Source: Opitutaceae bacterium (lineage in GTDB: Bacteria; Verrucomicrobiota; Verrucomicrobiia; Opitutales; Coraliomargaritaceae). From it: a DNA stretch of 64,000 bases. Positions 10,349 to 19,112 of this stretch are shown here, one piece after another (the first letter of the stretch is position 1; the number at the start of each line of letters is the position of its first letter). A program made the translations under genes and the position numbers. The stretch lies in NCBI GenBank assembly GCA_051252375.1, contig JBPOFY010000005.1, forward strand, positions 128,001 to 192,000, read 5' to 3'. Below the pieces are notes generated by a model. It saw nothing but the letters and a program-made list of their open reading frames with translations, was not told where the DNA came from and did no database searches.

Positions 10349-11542
10349 ATGGCTACAAAAACCATCAAAGACGTAAACCTCGCCGGTAAACGCGTATTCG
10401 TTCGCTGCGATTTCAATGTGCCGCTTAAAGACGGCGTAATTAACGACGATTCTCGTATCGTTGCGGCATTGCCGACTATCCAGCACCTTGTCAGCCAAGG
10501 CGCGAAGGTCATTCTTTCCAGTCACCTTGGTCGCCCTAAAGGCGAAAAGAACGCGAAATACAGTCTCGCGCCAGTCGCTGAAGAGCTTGCGAAGCAACTT
10601 GGTCAGCCTGTGACATTTGTCGAAGACTGCATCGGCGAAGAAGTCGAAGCCGAAGTCGCTAAGATGGGCGAGGGTGACATTATTCTCCTCGAAAACGTCC
10701 GTTTCTATGCGGGCGAAGAAAAGAACGATCCTGAATTTGCTGCCGCGCTGGCTAAGCTTGCCGACGCTTTCGTGAACGACGCTTTTGGCACCGCACACCG
10801 TGCACACGCGTCAACAGCTGGCGTCGCTGCACACCTATCACCCAACGTCTGCGGCCTTCTCATCGAGAAGGAACTCGCATACCTTGGTGACAAGACCAAC
10901 AGCCCAGAGCGTCCGCTCACTGTTATCCTCGGTGGTGCTAAAGTCTCCGATAAGATCAAAGTGATCGACTCACTCCTTGAAAAGGCAGACACCATTATCA
11001 TCGGTGGTGCCATGGCTTACACATTCGCATTGGCTGAAGGCCGCACAGTAGGGGAGTCGCTCAGCGAGCCCGATTTCATCGAGACAGCTAAGTCTGCTTT
11101 GGCTAAGGCTAAGGAAAAGGGCGTGAAGTTCCTCCTCCCTGTTGATAACCTCGCCGTTAAAGATCTCGACTTCGGTGCCGGCACAATTGGCGACAGCCAG
11201 TTTTTCGAAGGCAATATTCCTGATGGCTGGGAAGGTGTCGACATCGGCCCGAAGAGTATCGAACTCTTCAGCAACGAAGTGAAAAACGCTAAGACCGTTC
11301 TCTGGAATGGCCCCATGGGTATCTTCGAAATCGATGCCTGCAATAAAGGCACCTTTGCCATCGCAAAAACGATTGCAGAATCCGACGCATGTTCGATCAT
11401 CGGTGGTGGTGATTCCGTGAAAGCTATTAAAATGGCTGGCTACGGCGATCAAGTCACTTTCATGAGCACCGGCGGTGGCGCTTCCCTCGAATTCCTCGAA
11501 GGTAAAGAGCTTCCCGGCGTAGCCGTCCTCGATCAAATCTAA
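10349..11542 (+). CDS. pgk: Phosphoglycerate kinase
   Basis: [37 protein letters not shown]. Confidence 0.99.
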   Translation: MATKTIKDVNLAGKRVFVRCDFNVPLKDGVINDDSRIVAALPTIQHLVSQGAKVILSSHLGRPKGEKNAKYSLAPVAEELAKQLGQPVTFVEDCIGEEVEAEVAKMGEGDIILLENVRFYAGEEKNDPEFAAALAKLADAFVNDAFGTAHRAHASTAGVAAHLSPNVCGLLIEKELAYLGDKTNSPERPLTVILGGAKVSDKIKVIDSLLEKADTIIIGGAMAYTFALAEGRTVGESLSEPDFIETAKSALAKAKEKGVKFLLPVDNLAVKDLDFGAGTIGDSQFFEGNIPDGWEGVDIGPKSIELFSNEVKNAKTVLWNGPMGIFEIDACNKGTFAIAKTIAESDACSIIGGGDSVKAIKMAGYGDQVTFMSTGGGASLEFLEGKELPGVAVLDQI

Positions 11543-11551
11543 TCTTCATTT

Positions 11552-11624
11552 TGGAGGGCTGCGCTCCGTCGCAGCCGCTACGTCATCCATGCATACTGCG
11601 GCGATGACAGAGCATCGCCCTCCA
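11552..11624. repeat. Inverted REP pair (TGGAG-foot, CTCYGT loop)
   Basis: TGGAG-GGCTGCG-CTCCGT-CGCAGCC on plus and TGGAG-GGCGATG-CTCTGT-CATCGCC on minus. Confidence 0.82.
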
Positions 11625-11720
11625 TTATTTCTTCTCTCTTAAATCTTAATGGTCCGGTTCTTTGCTAAGCAAAGCCCGGTCTTGTCATCACTCCGTTCTT
11701 CGGAACTAACTTCAATAATT

Positions 11721-12500
11721 ATGAGTAAATCCGCACGCAAATACCTCATCGCAGGTAACTGGAAAATGAACCTGAACTCAGCCGAAGGTGCTGATCTCGC
11801 TAAAGACGTTGTCAGCATCGTTGGCGCACAAACAGACGTCGCTGTCTGTGTCTGCCCAACTTTCACAGCATTGGAATCTGTTTCCAAGGTCGTGAACGAC
11901 TCCAACGTTCAACTCGGTGCGCAGAACATGCACTTCGAAGCATCCGGTGCCTACACCGGTGAGATCTCTGCCGAGATGCTCCGTCATCTCTTCTGCAACT
12001 TCGTGATCCTCGGTCACTCCGAGCGCCGCGAATATTTCGGTGAAACTGACGCGCTTGTGAACAAGAAGACACTCGCTGCTCTCGCTGCGAACCTCAAGCC
12101 TATCGTCTGCATTGGCGAAACACTTGACGAGCGCGAAGCTGGTAAGGTCAACGAAGTGATCAAGACACAACTTGAAGGCGCCCTCGTCGGTGTGACTGCA
12201 GCCAATGCAGATGCACTTGTCGTCGCTTACGAGCCCGTCTGGGCGATCGGCACAGGCAAGACAGCTACACCAGAGATGGCCGAAGAAGTGCACGCTGAAA
12301 TCCGTTGCCTACTTGCTGGCCTCATTGGTGCTGAAGCAGCAGAGAAGGTGCGTATCCTTTACGGAGGTTCCATGAAGCCAGGCAACGCGCCAGAGCTACT
12401 TGCTCAAAAGAACATCGACGGTGGTCTCATCGGCGGTGCAGCGCTTAAAGCCAACGACTTCGCTGGTATCATCGAAGCCGCAGTCGCGCTCTCCAAGTAG
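11721..12500 (+). CDS. tpiA: Triosephosphate isomerase
   Basis: AGNWKMN, GHSERR, AYEPVWAIGTG; start moved to ATG 11721 (MSKSARKY). Confidence 0.98.
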   Translation: MSKSARKYLIAGNWKMNLNSAEGADLAKDVVSIVGAQTDVAVCVCPTFTALESVSKVVNDSNVQLGAQNMHFEASGAYTGEISAEMLRHLFCNFVILGHSERREYFGETDALVNKKTLAALAANLKPIVCIGETLDEREAGKVNEVIKTQLEGALVGVTAANADALVVAYEPVWAIGTGKTATPEMAEEVHAEIRCLLAGLIGAEAAEKVRILYGGSMKPGNAPELLAQKNIDGGLIGGAALKANDFAGIIEAAVALSK

Positions 12501-12523
12501 TCGTTTTTCGAATACAAAATTTC

Positions 12524-12558
12524 AAAAGGCCGAAGCAGTGATGCTTCGGTCTTTTTTT
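12524..12558 (+). terminator. Rho-independent terminator after tpiA
   Basis: AAAAGGCCGAAGCA-GTGA-TGCTTCGGTCTTTTTTT. Confidence 0.85.
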
Positions 12559-12596
12559 GTGCGCTTAGTAGTTTCTTGGTAGTTCGTTCGTATTTT

Positions 12597-12757
12597 CCCC
12601 GTTGCGAAGCAACGAGGCTACATTGTCTAAGTCCTGTGCCTCGAAGCTCAGCTTTGGAGAACGTCGTGTAAGTCTTGTCGATCTACTCCCCGTTGCTGAG
12701 CAACGAGGCCACTTTTAACAGAATCCATTCTTGTAGCCTCGAAGCTCAGCTTCGGGG
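12597..12757. repeat. REP/BIME-like array, left of RAYT (4 REPs)
   Basis: A(-) 12597-12621, B(+) ~12636-12659 (degenerate), A(-) 12688-12712, B(+) 12733-12757; A = GTRGCCTCGTTGCTYMGCAACGGGG, B = GTAGCCTCGAAGCTCAGCTTCGGGG. Confidence 0.9.
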
Positions 12758-12803
12758 AACGTTTTTGCTCGATCACAGGCTTTGCCTGAATCACTTTTTC
12801 TGC

Positions 12804-13325
12804 ATGTGGAACGAACGCCGACTCCCTCGTCTGCCACCTGAATATTATCAGGGTCCTGCCCACGTTTTATGGACTTATGTGGCGAAGGATCGTCGCACCG
12901 GTTGGCTGAATGATACGTTTCACGCCACCTTCCGTGAAGTCCTGCTCCACACTTGCGCGCGCTATCATTTGGGCTGCGCTCGCTATGTGCTTATGCCAGA
13001 TCACCTGCACCTCATTTGCGTTGGCGCCTCGCAGAACAGCGATCAGCTCAAATCAACACGTTTTCTTCGCCTTCATTTGCCTTTGGATTGGCAAAAGCAA
13101 GCACATGACCATGTGATGAATGAAGCAGAGCGTGAGCGGAATGCTTTTACCGCCGCCTGCATTTATTTGCGTAATAATCCTGAGCGCGCGAGCTTGGTTG
13201 AGACCGCACAGGATTGGCTGTATGCGGGCAGCCTTGTCCCTGGCTTTCCTGATTTGGATGAATGGGATAGTGCCTCTTTCTGGAAGTGCTTTCACGCCTA
13301 TCAGAAATTTTTGGAGTCTGATTGA
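12804..13325 (+). CDS. REP-associated tyrosine transposase (RAYT, IS200/IS605 Y1 HUH family)
   Basis: YVLMPDHLHL (HUH), WQKQAHDH, YLRNNP (catalytic Tyr); flanked by REPs; start placed at ATG 12804 because the upstream in-frame extension runs through REPs. Confidence 0.9.
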   Translation: MWNERRLPRLPPEYYQGPAHVLWTYVAKDRRTGWLNDTFHATFREVLLHTCARYHLGCARYVLMPDHLHLICVGASQNSDQLKSTRFLRLHLPLDWQKQAHDHVMNEAERERNAFTAACIYLRNNPERASLVETAQDWLYAGSLVPGFPDLDEWDSASFWKCFHAYQKFLESD

Positions 13326-13336
13326 TCTGGCAGAAA

Positions 13337-13560
13337 CCCCGTTGCGAAGCAACGAGGCTACGTTCAACAGAATCCATCTTCGTAGCCTCGAAGCTCAGCT
13401 TCGGGGAACGTCGTGCTTGTCCGTGTCGATCTACTCCCCGTTGCTGAGCAACGAGGCCACGCCTTATCTGATCTCGTAGCCTCGAAGCTCGGCTTCGGGG
13501 AACATTACATTGTGATCGTCCGTGTATTCTCTTCCCCCCGTTGCTGAGCAACGAGGCCAC
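13337..13560. repeat. REP/BIME-like array, right of RAYT (5 REPs)
   Basis: A(-) 13337-13361, B(+) 13382-13406, A(-) 13436-13460, B(+) 13476-13500, A(-) 13536-13560. Confidence 0.92.
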
Positions 13561-13625
13561 GTATCGTCGAAACGTGCGTAATAAAAATCCTCGTCATCGG
13601 TTAGCACATCGCAAAACTAGGGTTC

Positions 13626-14306
13626 ATGCGTTCAAATCAATTACTATCTGTCCTCGCCCTCCCATTTCTATTTCTCGCCGCGTGTTCGACGTCTCCAAAG
13701 ACTACGGAGCGATCTGCGCCAGTTGAGTCATTTGGTATGGTCGAAGTGAAGCAATCACCTGTTGTCGAGATGCCAAAACCTGAAGCGCCCGCCGTCGTGC
13801 GCGATGTGCGTATCGTGATGAGCACTTCGAAGGGGGATATCGAAGCCACACTCTTTGCGACGAAGACACCTGTCACCGTGGCGAGCTTTCTGAATTTGGT
13901 GGAGCGTGGTTATTATAATAATCTCACCTTTCACCGCGTGATTCCCGACTTCATGATTCAAGGCGGTGATCCTCAAGGCACCGGTGGTGGTGGTCCCGGT
14001 TATCGTTTTGAAAACGAGATTCATCCCGCGCTGCGTCACAATCGCTCTGGGCTCTTTTCGATGGCCAATGCCGGACCTGGGACAAATGGCAGCCAGTTCT
14101 TTATCACACATCTCGCCACACCTTGGTTGGATGGTAAGCACAGTGTTTTCGGCAAGGTAACCAAAGGCCAGAAGGTCGTGGATAGCATTCGTAAGGGAGA
14201 TTTGATTCTCTCCGTTAAAGTGCTGGATTCGACTGAGGTATTGTTTGCTGAGCAAAAGAGCCGCATCGACCAGTGGAATGTCGCATTGAGCGCGAACGGA
14301 TTTTAA
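13626..14306 (+). CDS. Cyclophilin-type peptidyl-prolyl isomerase, lipoprotein
   Basis: Lipobox LAAC; FHRVIPDFMIQGGDP, SMANAGPGTNGSQFFIT. Confidence 0.95.
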   Translation: MRSNQLLSVLALPFLFLAACSTSPKTTERSAPVESFGMVEVKQSPVVEMPKPEAPAVVRDVRIVMSTSKGDIEATLFATKTPVTVASFLNLVERGYYNNLTFHRVIPDFMIQGGDPQGTGGGGPGYRFENEIHPALRHNRSGLFSMANAGPGTNGSQFFITHLATPWLDGKHSVFGKVTKGQKVVDSIRKGDLILSVKVLDSTEVLFAEQKSRIDQWNVALSANGF

Positions 14307-14328
14307 TTCGTAGGAATACAGGTATATG

Positions 14329-14463
14329 TAGACAGAATAATTTCGGACATAATAATTAACCTTTGGAGGTTAAGATCAAGTGATTGGTAGTATTTTGATG
14401 TATGCTCATCTCGTCATTCCTTCGTTTTTCTGAAAATTGTTCTGCCATGAATTATTCTGTCTA
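14329..14463. repeat. ORF-less element with 29-bp imperfect terminal inverted repeats (MITE-like)
   Basis: TAGACAGAATAATTTCGGACATAATAATT (14329-14357) vs reverse complement of 14435-14463; first 14 bp identical, 23/29 overall. Confidence 0.7.
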
Positions 14464-14540
14464 AAATTTCATATTGTCGTATTCGACTTTCCGTTCCCTA
14501 GCGTTGCTTTTGCACCGACAATCATTCCTACTATGGGGCT

Positions 14541-15374
14541 ATGAATTGGAACAAAGTCCGTGATTTCGAAGAGATTATTTACGAAAAGTGCGATGGTATC
14601 GCGAAGGTGACGATTAATCGCCCGCATCGTCGCAATGCATTCACCCCAGATACGGTTGCTGAATTGATTACGGCGTTCACCGATGCGCGTGAAGATATCA
14701 CCATCGGTGTAGTCTTATTGACCGGCTTCAATCCACAGACAGACGGTAAGTTCGCGTTCTGTGCGGGTGGCGACCAAAAGATCCGCGGTCACAAGAAGGG
14801 TGGTTACATCGGTAAGGATGGCGTTCCTCGTCTGAATGTCCTGGATTTGCAGAAGCTCATCCGATCGATGCCCAAGGTCGTCATCGCGCTCGTCGCGGGT
14901 TACGCCATTGGCGGGGGGCACGTGCTTCACGTTGTTTGCGATCTGACAATCGCGGCGGACAATGCGATCTTCGGTCAGACTGGTCCGAAGGTGGGTAGTT
15001 TTGATGGTGGCTTTGGTTCCAGCTATTTAGCGCGTATTGTCGGGCATAAGAAAGCCCGTGAGATCTGGTATTTGTGTCGCCAATACAACGCGCAGGAAGC
15101 AATGGACATGGGGCTCGTCAATAAGGTGGTGCCCTACGAAGAGCTCGAAGCCGAGGGTGTGCAATGGGCGAGTGAAATTCTGCAGCACAGCCCGCTCTCG
15201 ATTCGCTGCCTCAAGTCAGCCTTTAATGCGGACGTCGACGGTCAGCAAGGTCTGCAGGAACTTGCCGGTAATGCGACGCTGTTGTATTATTTGACCGAAG
15301 AAGGTGAAGAAGGTCGAACCGCATGGAACGAAAAGCGCGCGCCGGAGTTTAAAAAATATCCATGGCTGCCTTAG
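14541..15374 (+). CDS. menB: 1,4-dihydroxy-2-naphthoyl-CoA synthase
   Basis: [30 protein letters not shown]. Confidence 0.97.
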   Translation: MNWNKVRDFEEIIYEKCDGIAKVTINRPHRRNAFTPDTVAELITAFTDAREDITIGVVLLTGFNPQTDGKFAFCAGGDQKIRGHKKGGYIGKDGVPRLNVLDLQKLIRSMPKVVIALVAGYAIGGGHVLHVVCDLTIAADNAIFGQTGPKVGSFDGGFGSSYLARIVGHKKAREIWYLCRQYNAQEAMDMGLVNKVVPYEELEAEGVQWASEILQHSPLSIRCLKSAFNADVDGQQGLQELAGNATLLYYLTEEGEEGRTAWNEKRAPEFKKYPWLP

Positions 15375-15440
15375 ATTTTTACAGCGTAGTGTATGTGCTC
15401 ACGCGGCTATAGTTGACGTGTCGTAATCTTAAAACCAAAA

Positions 15441-15619
15441 CACGGCAGGAGACTGCCGTGGCTACAAAATACTGCAGGAATGATCATTTATGGAACATCT
15501 ACGGTGCAAGTTTCTTGCGCGACGTTTGTTGTAGCCACGTCACTCTGTGACGTGTCCGTGATTCGGAATGCGTATCGTCACCTTAAAACAAAAACACTGC
15601 AGGAGACTGCCGTGGCTAC
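15441..15619. repeat. Cluster of three GTAG-type REPs (second family)
   Basis: GTAGCCACGGCAGTCTCCTGCCGTG on minus (15441-15465; 15595-15619 with one change) and GTAGCCACGTCACTCTGTGACGTG on plus (15531-15554). Confidence 0.8.
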
Positions 15620-15625
15620 AATGTC

Positions 15626-17227
15626 GTGCTTGAACATACATTAATAAGAAATCTACGAGGTAAATTCCTTGCGTGGACTTTCAACTCTACGGATCGAGTT
15701 GGGGTAAGGTCACGCCAGCGCAAACGCTCCATCTTGGCATTCGCACTCTGCTTCCTTCCGCTGGTTGGCTGCGCGAAGCCGACTGCGAATGAGTTTACCG
15801 TGGTGGCCTACAACGTCGAAAATCTTTTCGATGTGGATGGCATCGCGATTTACCGCGATTACACGCAAGATGAGCCGGACGATCCGTTCACTTACGGACG
15901 CCTCAAGTTGCTTACGAAACTGCAAAACACCGCTGCGGTTTTAACGCATTTCAATGAGGGCTCAGGTCCTGAGGTGATTCTCTTTCAAGAACTGGAAGCC
16001 GATTTCTCGCCGGAGACTACGGTTGAAGACCTCGATCAGTTTCTCGCTGACTATGCCGACACCACTGTGGCTGCCATGCTCGGTGAAGGCTGGAAGCCTG
16101 AATACGCGGGTCTGCCCTCGGCGGCTTGGTTGCTCAAAGCATTAAGCGATGCAGGGCTCAAGGGCTATGAGGTGGTTTCCGTGCCAGCAAAGGCACAAGA
16201 CGTTGGCATCGCCCACACGAACTCGGTTTTTTCAAAGTTCCCAATTGTCGCATCGACCGCACATCCGCTGGAGCAAGCACGTGATATTCTTGAGGTCGAA
16301 CTCGATGTGGAAGGGCACTCGCTCTTTCTCTATGATAACCACTGGAAGTCCGGTGCTTCAAATCCTGATCGCGAGCCCATCCGTGTGCAAAACGCGACTG
16401 TCCTGCGTGGCTTGATTGATGCGCGCCTCGCAGCAGATCCGAATGCCGATATCATTCTTGGGGGCGATTTCAATTCGCACTACAATCACTCCATTTTGTA
16501 TCCGACCATTGAGACAGGCATCAATGATGTGCTTGGCTCGCAAGGCAACGAGCTTGCCATACGTGAGCAGGGTGGAGTCGATCTGTATAATCTCTGGTTC
16601 GAGTTGTCACCTGAGGCTCGCTACTCCGAAGTCTGGCGCGGGCGTCGTGGCACTTTGATGCACCTCCTGTTGACTCGCGGTCTTTATGATGACCATGGCA
16701 TACGCTACGTAGATGGCAGTTTCGATAAATTACTTTTGATGGGGCTGAACGCTGATGGCATCGGTCGACCTTTAGCGTGGACTTTTGCGGGACAAACCGG
16801 CGGCGGCGCCAGCGATCACTTCCCTGTCTATGCACGTTTCACAGTGGGCACAGACGAGAAGGGTGCGTTTGTCGAATTAGTCGAGCCCAGCGCTGGCGCT
16901 GATGCCCTCGATTTTGAAATGCCACTTAATTATGACTCAGAGGAAAAAGCAGCACTCAAGGATGGTGCATTCCTCGCAGGGATCAGCGACGACGACTTAG
17001 GACCTTATGTGGGTAAGCTATTTCGTATCGACGCCAGTATCTTGCAGCTAGGCGCTTTGCGTCTGGATGTCGGTGGTGTCGAATGGTCGAGCTATGCGCC
17101 TGATAAAGCGGTGCAAGCTGCTCTTAAAGCATTGGATCCAGACCAAGTGCACCCTTTTGCGGTTCAACTCGGTATCTGGAAGGGGAAGCGTCAATTTGTC
17201 GTCGAGGGTATCATTGCTGCTAATTAG
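15626..17227 (+). CDS. Endonuclease/exonuclease/phosphatase family lipoprotein (start uncertain)
   Basis: AYNVENLFD, FQE, NHWKS, GDFN, SDHFPV; LVGC lipobox. Confidence 0.85.
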   Translation: MLEHTLIRNLRGKFLAWTFNSTDRVGVRSRQRKRSILAFALCFLPLVGCAKPTANEFTVVAYNVENLFDVDGIAIYRDYTQDEPDDPFTYGRLKLLTKLQNTAAVLTHFNEGSGPEVILFQELEADFSPETTVEDLDQFLADYADTTVAAMLGEGWKPEYAGLPSAAWLLKALSDAGLKGYEVVSVPAKAQDVGIAHTNSVFSKFPIVASTAHPLEQARDILEVELDVEGHSLFLYDNHWKSGASNPDREPIRVQNATVLRGLIDARLAADPNADIILGGDFNSHYNHSILYPTIETGINDVLGSQGNELAIREQGGVDLYNLWFELSPEARYSEVWRGRRGTLMHLLLTRGLYDDHGIRYVDGSFDKLLLMGLNADGIGRPLAWTFAGQTGGGASDHFPVYARFTVGTDEKGAFVELVEPSAGADALDFEMPLNYDSEEKAALKDGAFLAGISDDDLGPYVGKLFRIDASILQLGALRLDVGGVEWSSYAPDKAVQAALKALDPDQVHPFAVQLGIWKGKRQFVVEGIIAAN

Positions 17228-17270
17228 GTTGAACTCAGCTCGCAGGGCGGTTTCGTAACTCTTTTAGCAA

Positions 17271-19109
17271 ATGACCTTTCACTTTTTCGACATATTCCGC
17301 TCATATCCTCGATTACTGCTTTCAGTGTTCAGTATGCTGTTGATCGCGGGTTGCTCAGAGCCACCTCAGGTCAACCGCGGGAATCACCCGATTCCTGAAG
17401 ATGCGGTGATCGCAGATTGTGAGCCTGGGCAATATGGTGGCATTTTCATTATCAATGAAACTTCGCCGCCAAAGACTTTTAATTTCCTTGTTCCGGGAAA
17501 TATGTCGACCCGCGCAATACAGGAAAAGTTTTATGCTCCGCTGGTTAAATTCAATCCTCGCACCGAGAGTGTCGGGCCATATCTCGCGAAATCATGGGAG
17601 GTGAGTGACGATAGTCAGACGTTTACTTTTCACCTGCGAAAAGGAGTCAAGTGGAGTGATGGTGCACCTTTTACTGCAGACGACATCGTCTTTACCTTTG
17701 ATTTGATATTTGCGGATGAAGTGGATCCTAAAACGGGTAATTTGAGGCCGATTTTCCCGTCAAGAAGTTATGAGGAAATGAAGGTAAACGGGGAGAAGCC
17801 AAATTACACTAAGCTGGACGACTACACCTTCCAAGTGAGTTTGCCGTCAGTGTTTGCGCCATTCCTTTTGTCGATGGAGGACGTATTGATTCTGCCAAAG
17901 CATAAGCTTGGTTTTAGTTTAGAGGATCGCAGCTTTTTTAAGCAATGGTCGACTCAGACCGCGATTGAGCATCCGGAAGAGATCGTCAGTCTAGGACCCT
18001 TCTTGCTGGAATCTTACCGACCAGGTGAGCGTCTGGTGTTTACTCCAAATCCTCATTTTTGGAAATTTGATACCAATGGTCAGCGACTCCCATATCTGGA
18101 CTACTTGGTTTATAAATTCGTGTCGGAGTCGAACACTGAAACGGTGCACTTCGCGACTGGCCAGAGTGATGCTTCTGGCATATCCGCTGCAGACTTGGAT
18201 TGGATCAAACGCGGTGAAGAAATTTACGATTTCACCGTTTATGAGAAAGGTCTTTCGAGTAGTATTAGTTTCTTTTGGTTTAATCAGCACTTAGGGGCAG
18301 ATGAAGACGGTAAACCATACTTGCCTGCGCATAAGAAGCGTTGGTTTACAGATAAGCGCTTTCGTCAAGCAGTGCAGACAGGATTCAATCGTAAGGGGAT
18401 TATTGATGCTTTATTCTTCGGTAAAGGCGAGCCGCTCAATAGTATGATTCCGTCGTCACGCGGTGCGTGGCACAATCCGAATTTACCGACTTACGAATAC
18501 GATCCAGAGCTGGCGAAGACATTGCTGCGTGAAGCCGGTTTCTCTTGGAATGCCGCAGGGCACTTAATCGATACTCAGGGCGTGCTCGTTGAATTTGAAT
18601 TGCTCGCAGTGGATGGTGTCGCGGCTGCAGATACAATCTCCGTTACTTTTGTCGAAAACATGAAGGAACTCGGTATGACGGTGAAACTGGCGAAGGTAGA
18701 TTTTGTCACACTGTTGGCGAAGACCGATGAAACGTTCGACTACGATCTGACCTTTCTCTCTTGGGGTTCCAGTAGCGCCGGTTATGATCCTGGTGGCAGT
18801 AAAGCACTTTACTTGAGTAGTGGCATCTACCACCAATGGTATCCCGAGCAAATTGAACCTGCGACAGAGTGGGAGGCGCGTATCGATCAACTCTTCCTTG
18901 AGCAAGAGAGCACTTTGGATATGGAAAAGCGCATTGCAAATATCCATGAGATTCAAGCGATCCTCGCCGAAGAATTGCCCATGCTTTATATTTTCAGCGC
19001 TTATGCATATGTGGGGGTGCAGAATAAATGGCAAAATATCTTCATTCCAAAAACGGGCTCTCTTTTTTGGAATGTAGAGGAAGTGTGGACCTCTGAGCCA
19101 GACGCATAG
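17271..19109 (+). CDS. Peptide/nickel ABC transporter substrate-binding lipoprotein (family 5)
   Basis: IAGC lipobox; LAKSWEVS..TFHLRKGVKWSDG.PFTADD. Confidence 0.92.
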   Translation: MTFHFFDIFRSYPRLLLSVFSMLLIAGCSEPPQVNRGNHPIPEDAVIADCEPGQYGGIFIINETSPPKTFNFLVPGNMSTRAIQEKFYAPLVKFNPRTESVGPYLAKSWEVSDDSQTFTFHLRKGVKWSDGAPFTADDIVFTFDLIFADEVDPKTGNLRPIFPSRSYEEMKVNGEKPNYTKLDDYTFQVSLPSVFAPFLLSMEDVLILPKHKLGFSLEDRSFFKQWSTQTAIEHPEEIVSLGPFLLESYRPGERLVFTPNPHFWKFDTNGQRLPYLDYLVYKFVSESNTETVHFATGQSDASGISAADLDWIKRGEEIYDFTVYEKGLSSSISFFWFNQHLGADEDGKPYLPAHKKRWFTDKRFRQAVQTGFNRKGIIDALFFGKGEPLNSMIPSSRGAWHNPNLPTYEYDPELAKTLLREAGFSWNAAGHLIDTQGVLVEFELLAVDGVAAADTISVTFVENMKELGMTVKLAKVDFVTLLAKTDETFDYDLTFLSWGSSSAGYDPGGSKALYLSSGIYHQWYPEQIEPATEWEARIDQLFLEQESTLDMEKRIANIHEIQAILAEELPMLYIFSAYAYVGVQNKWQNIFIPKTGSLFWNVEEVWTSEPDA

Positions 19110-19112
19110 TAT

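Noticed and set aside
12675..12803. N-terminal extension of the RAYT ORF and ORFs 13120..13479 and 13147..13560
   Set aside because: These translate REP repeats (recurring PLLSNEAT / SLEAQLRGT peptides) and are not credible proteins.
12597..13560. Regularly spaced 25-nt palindromic repeats as a CRISPR array
   Set aside because: Repeats alternate in orientation, linkers recur instead of being unique spacers, the adjacent gene is an HUH transposase, and no cas genes are present.
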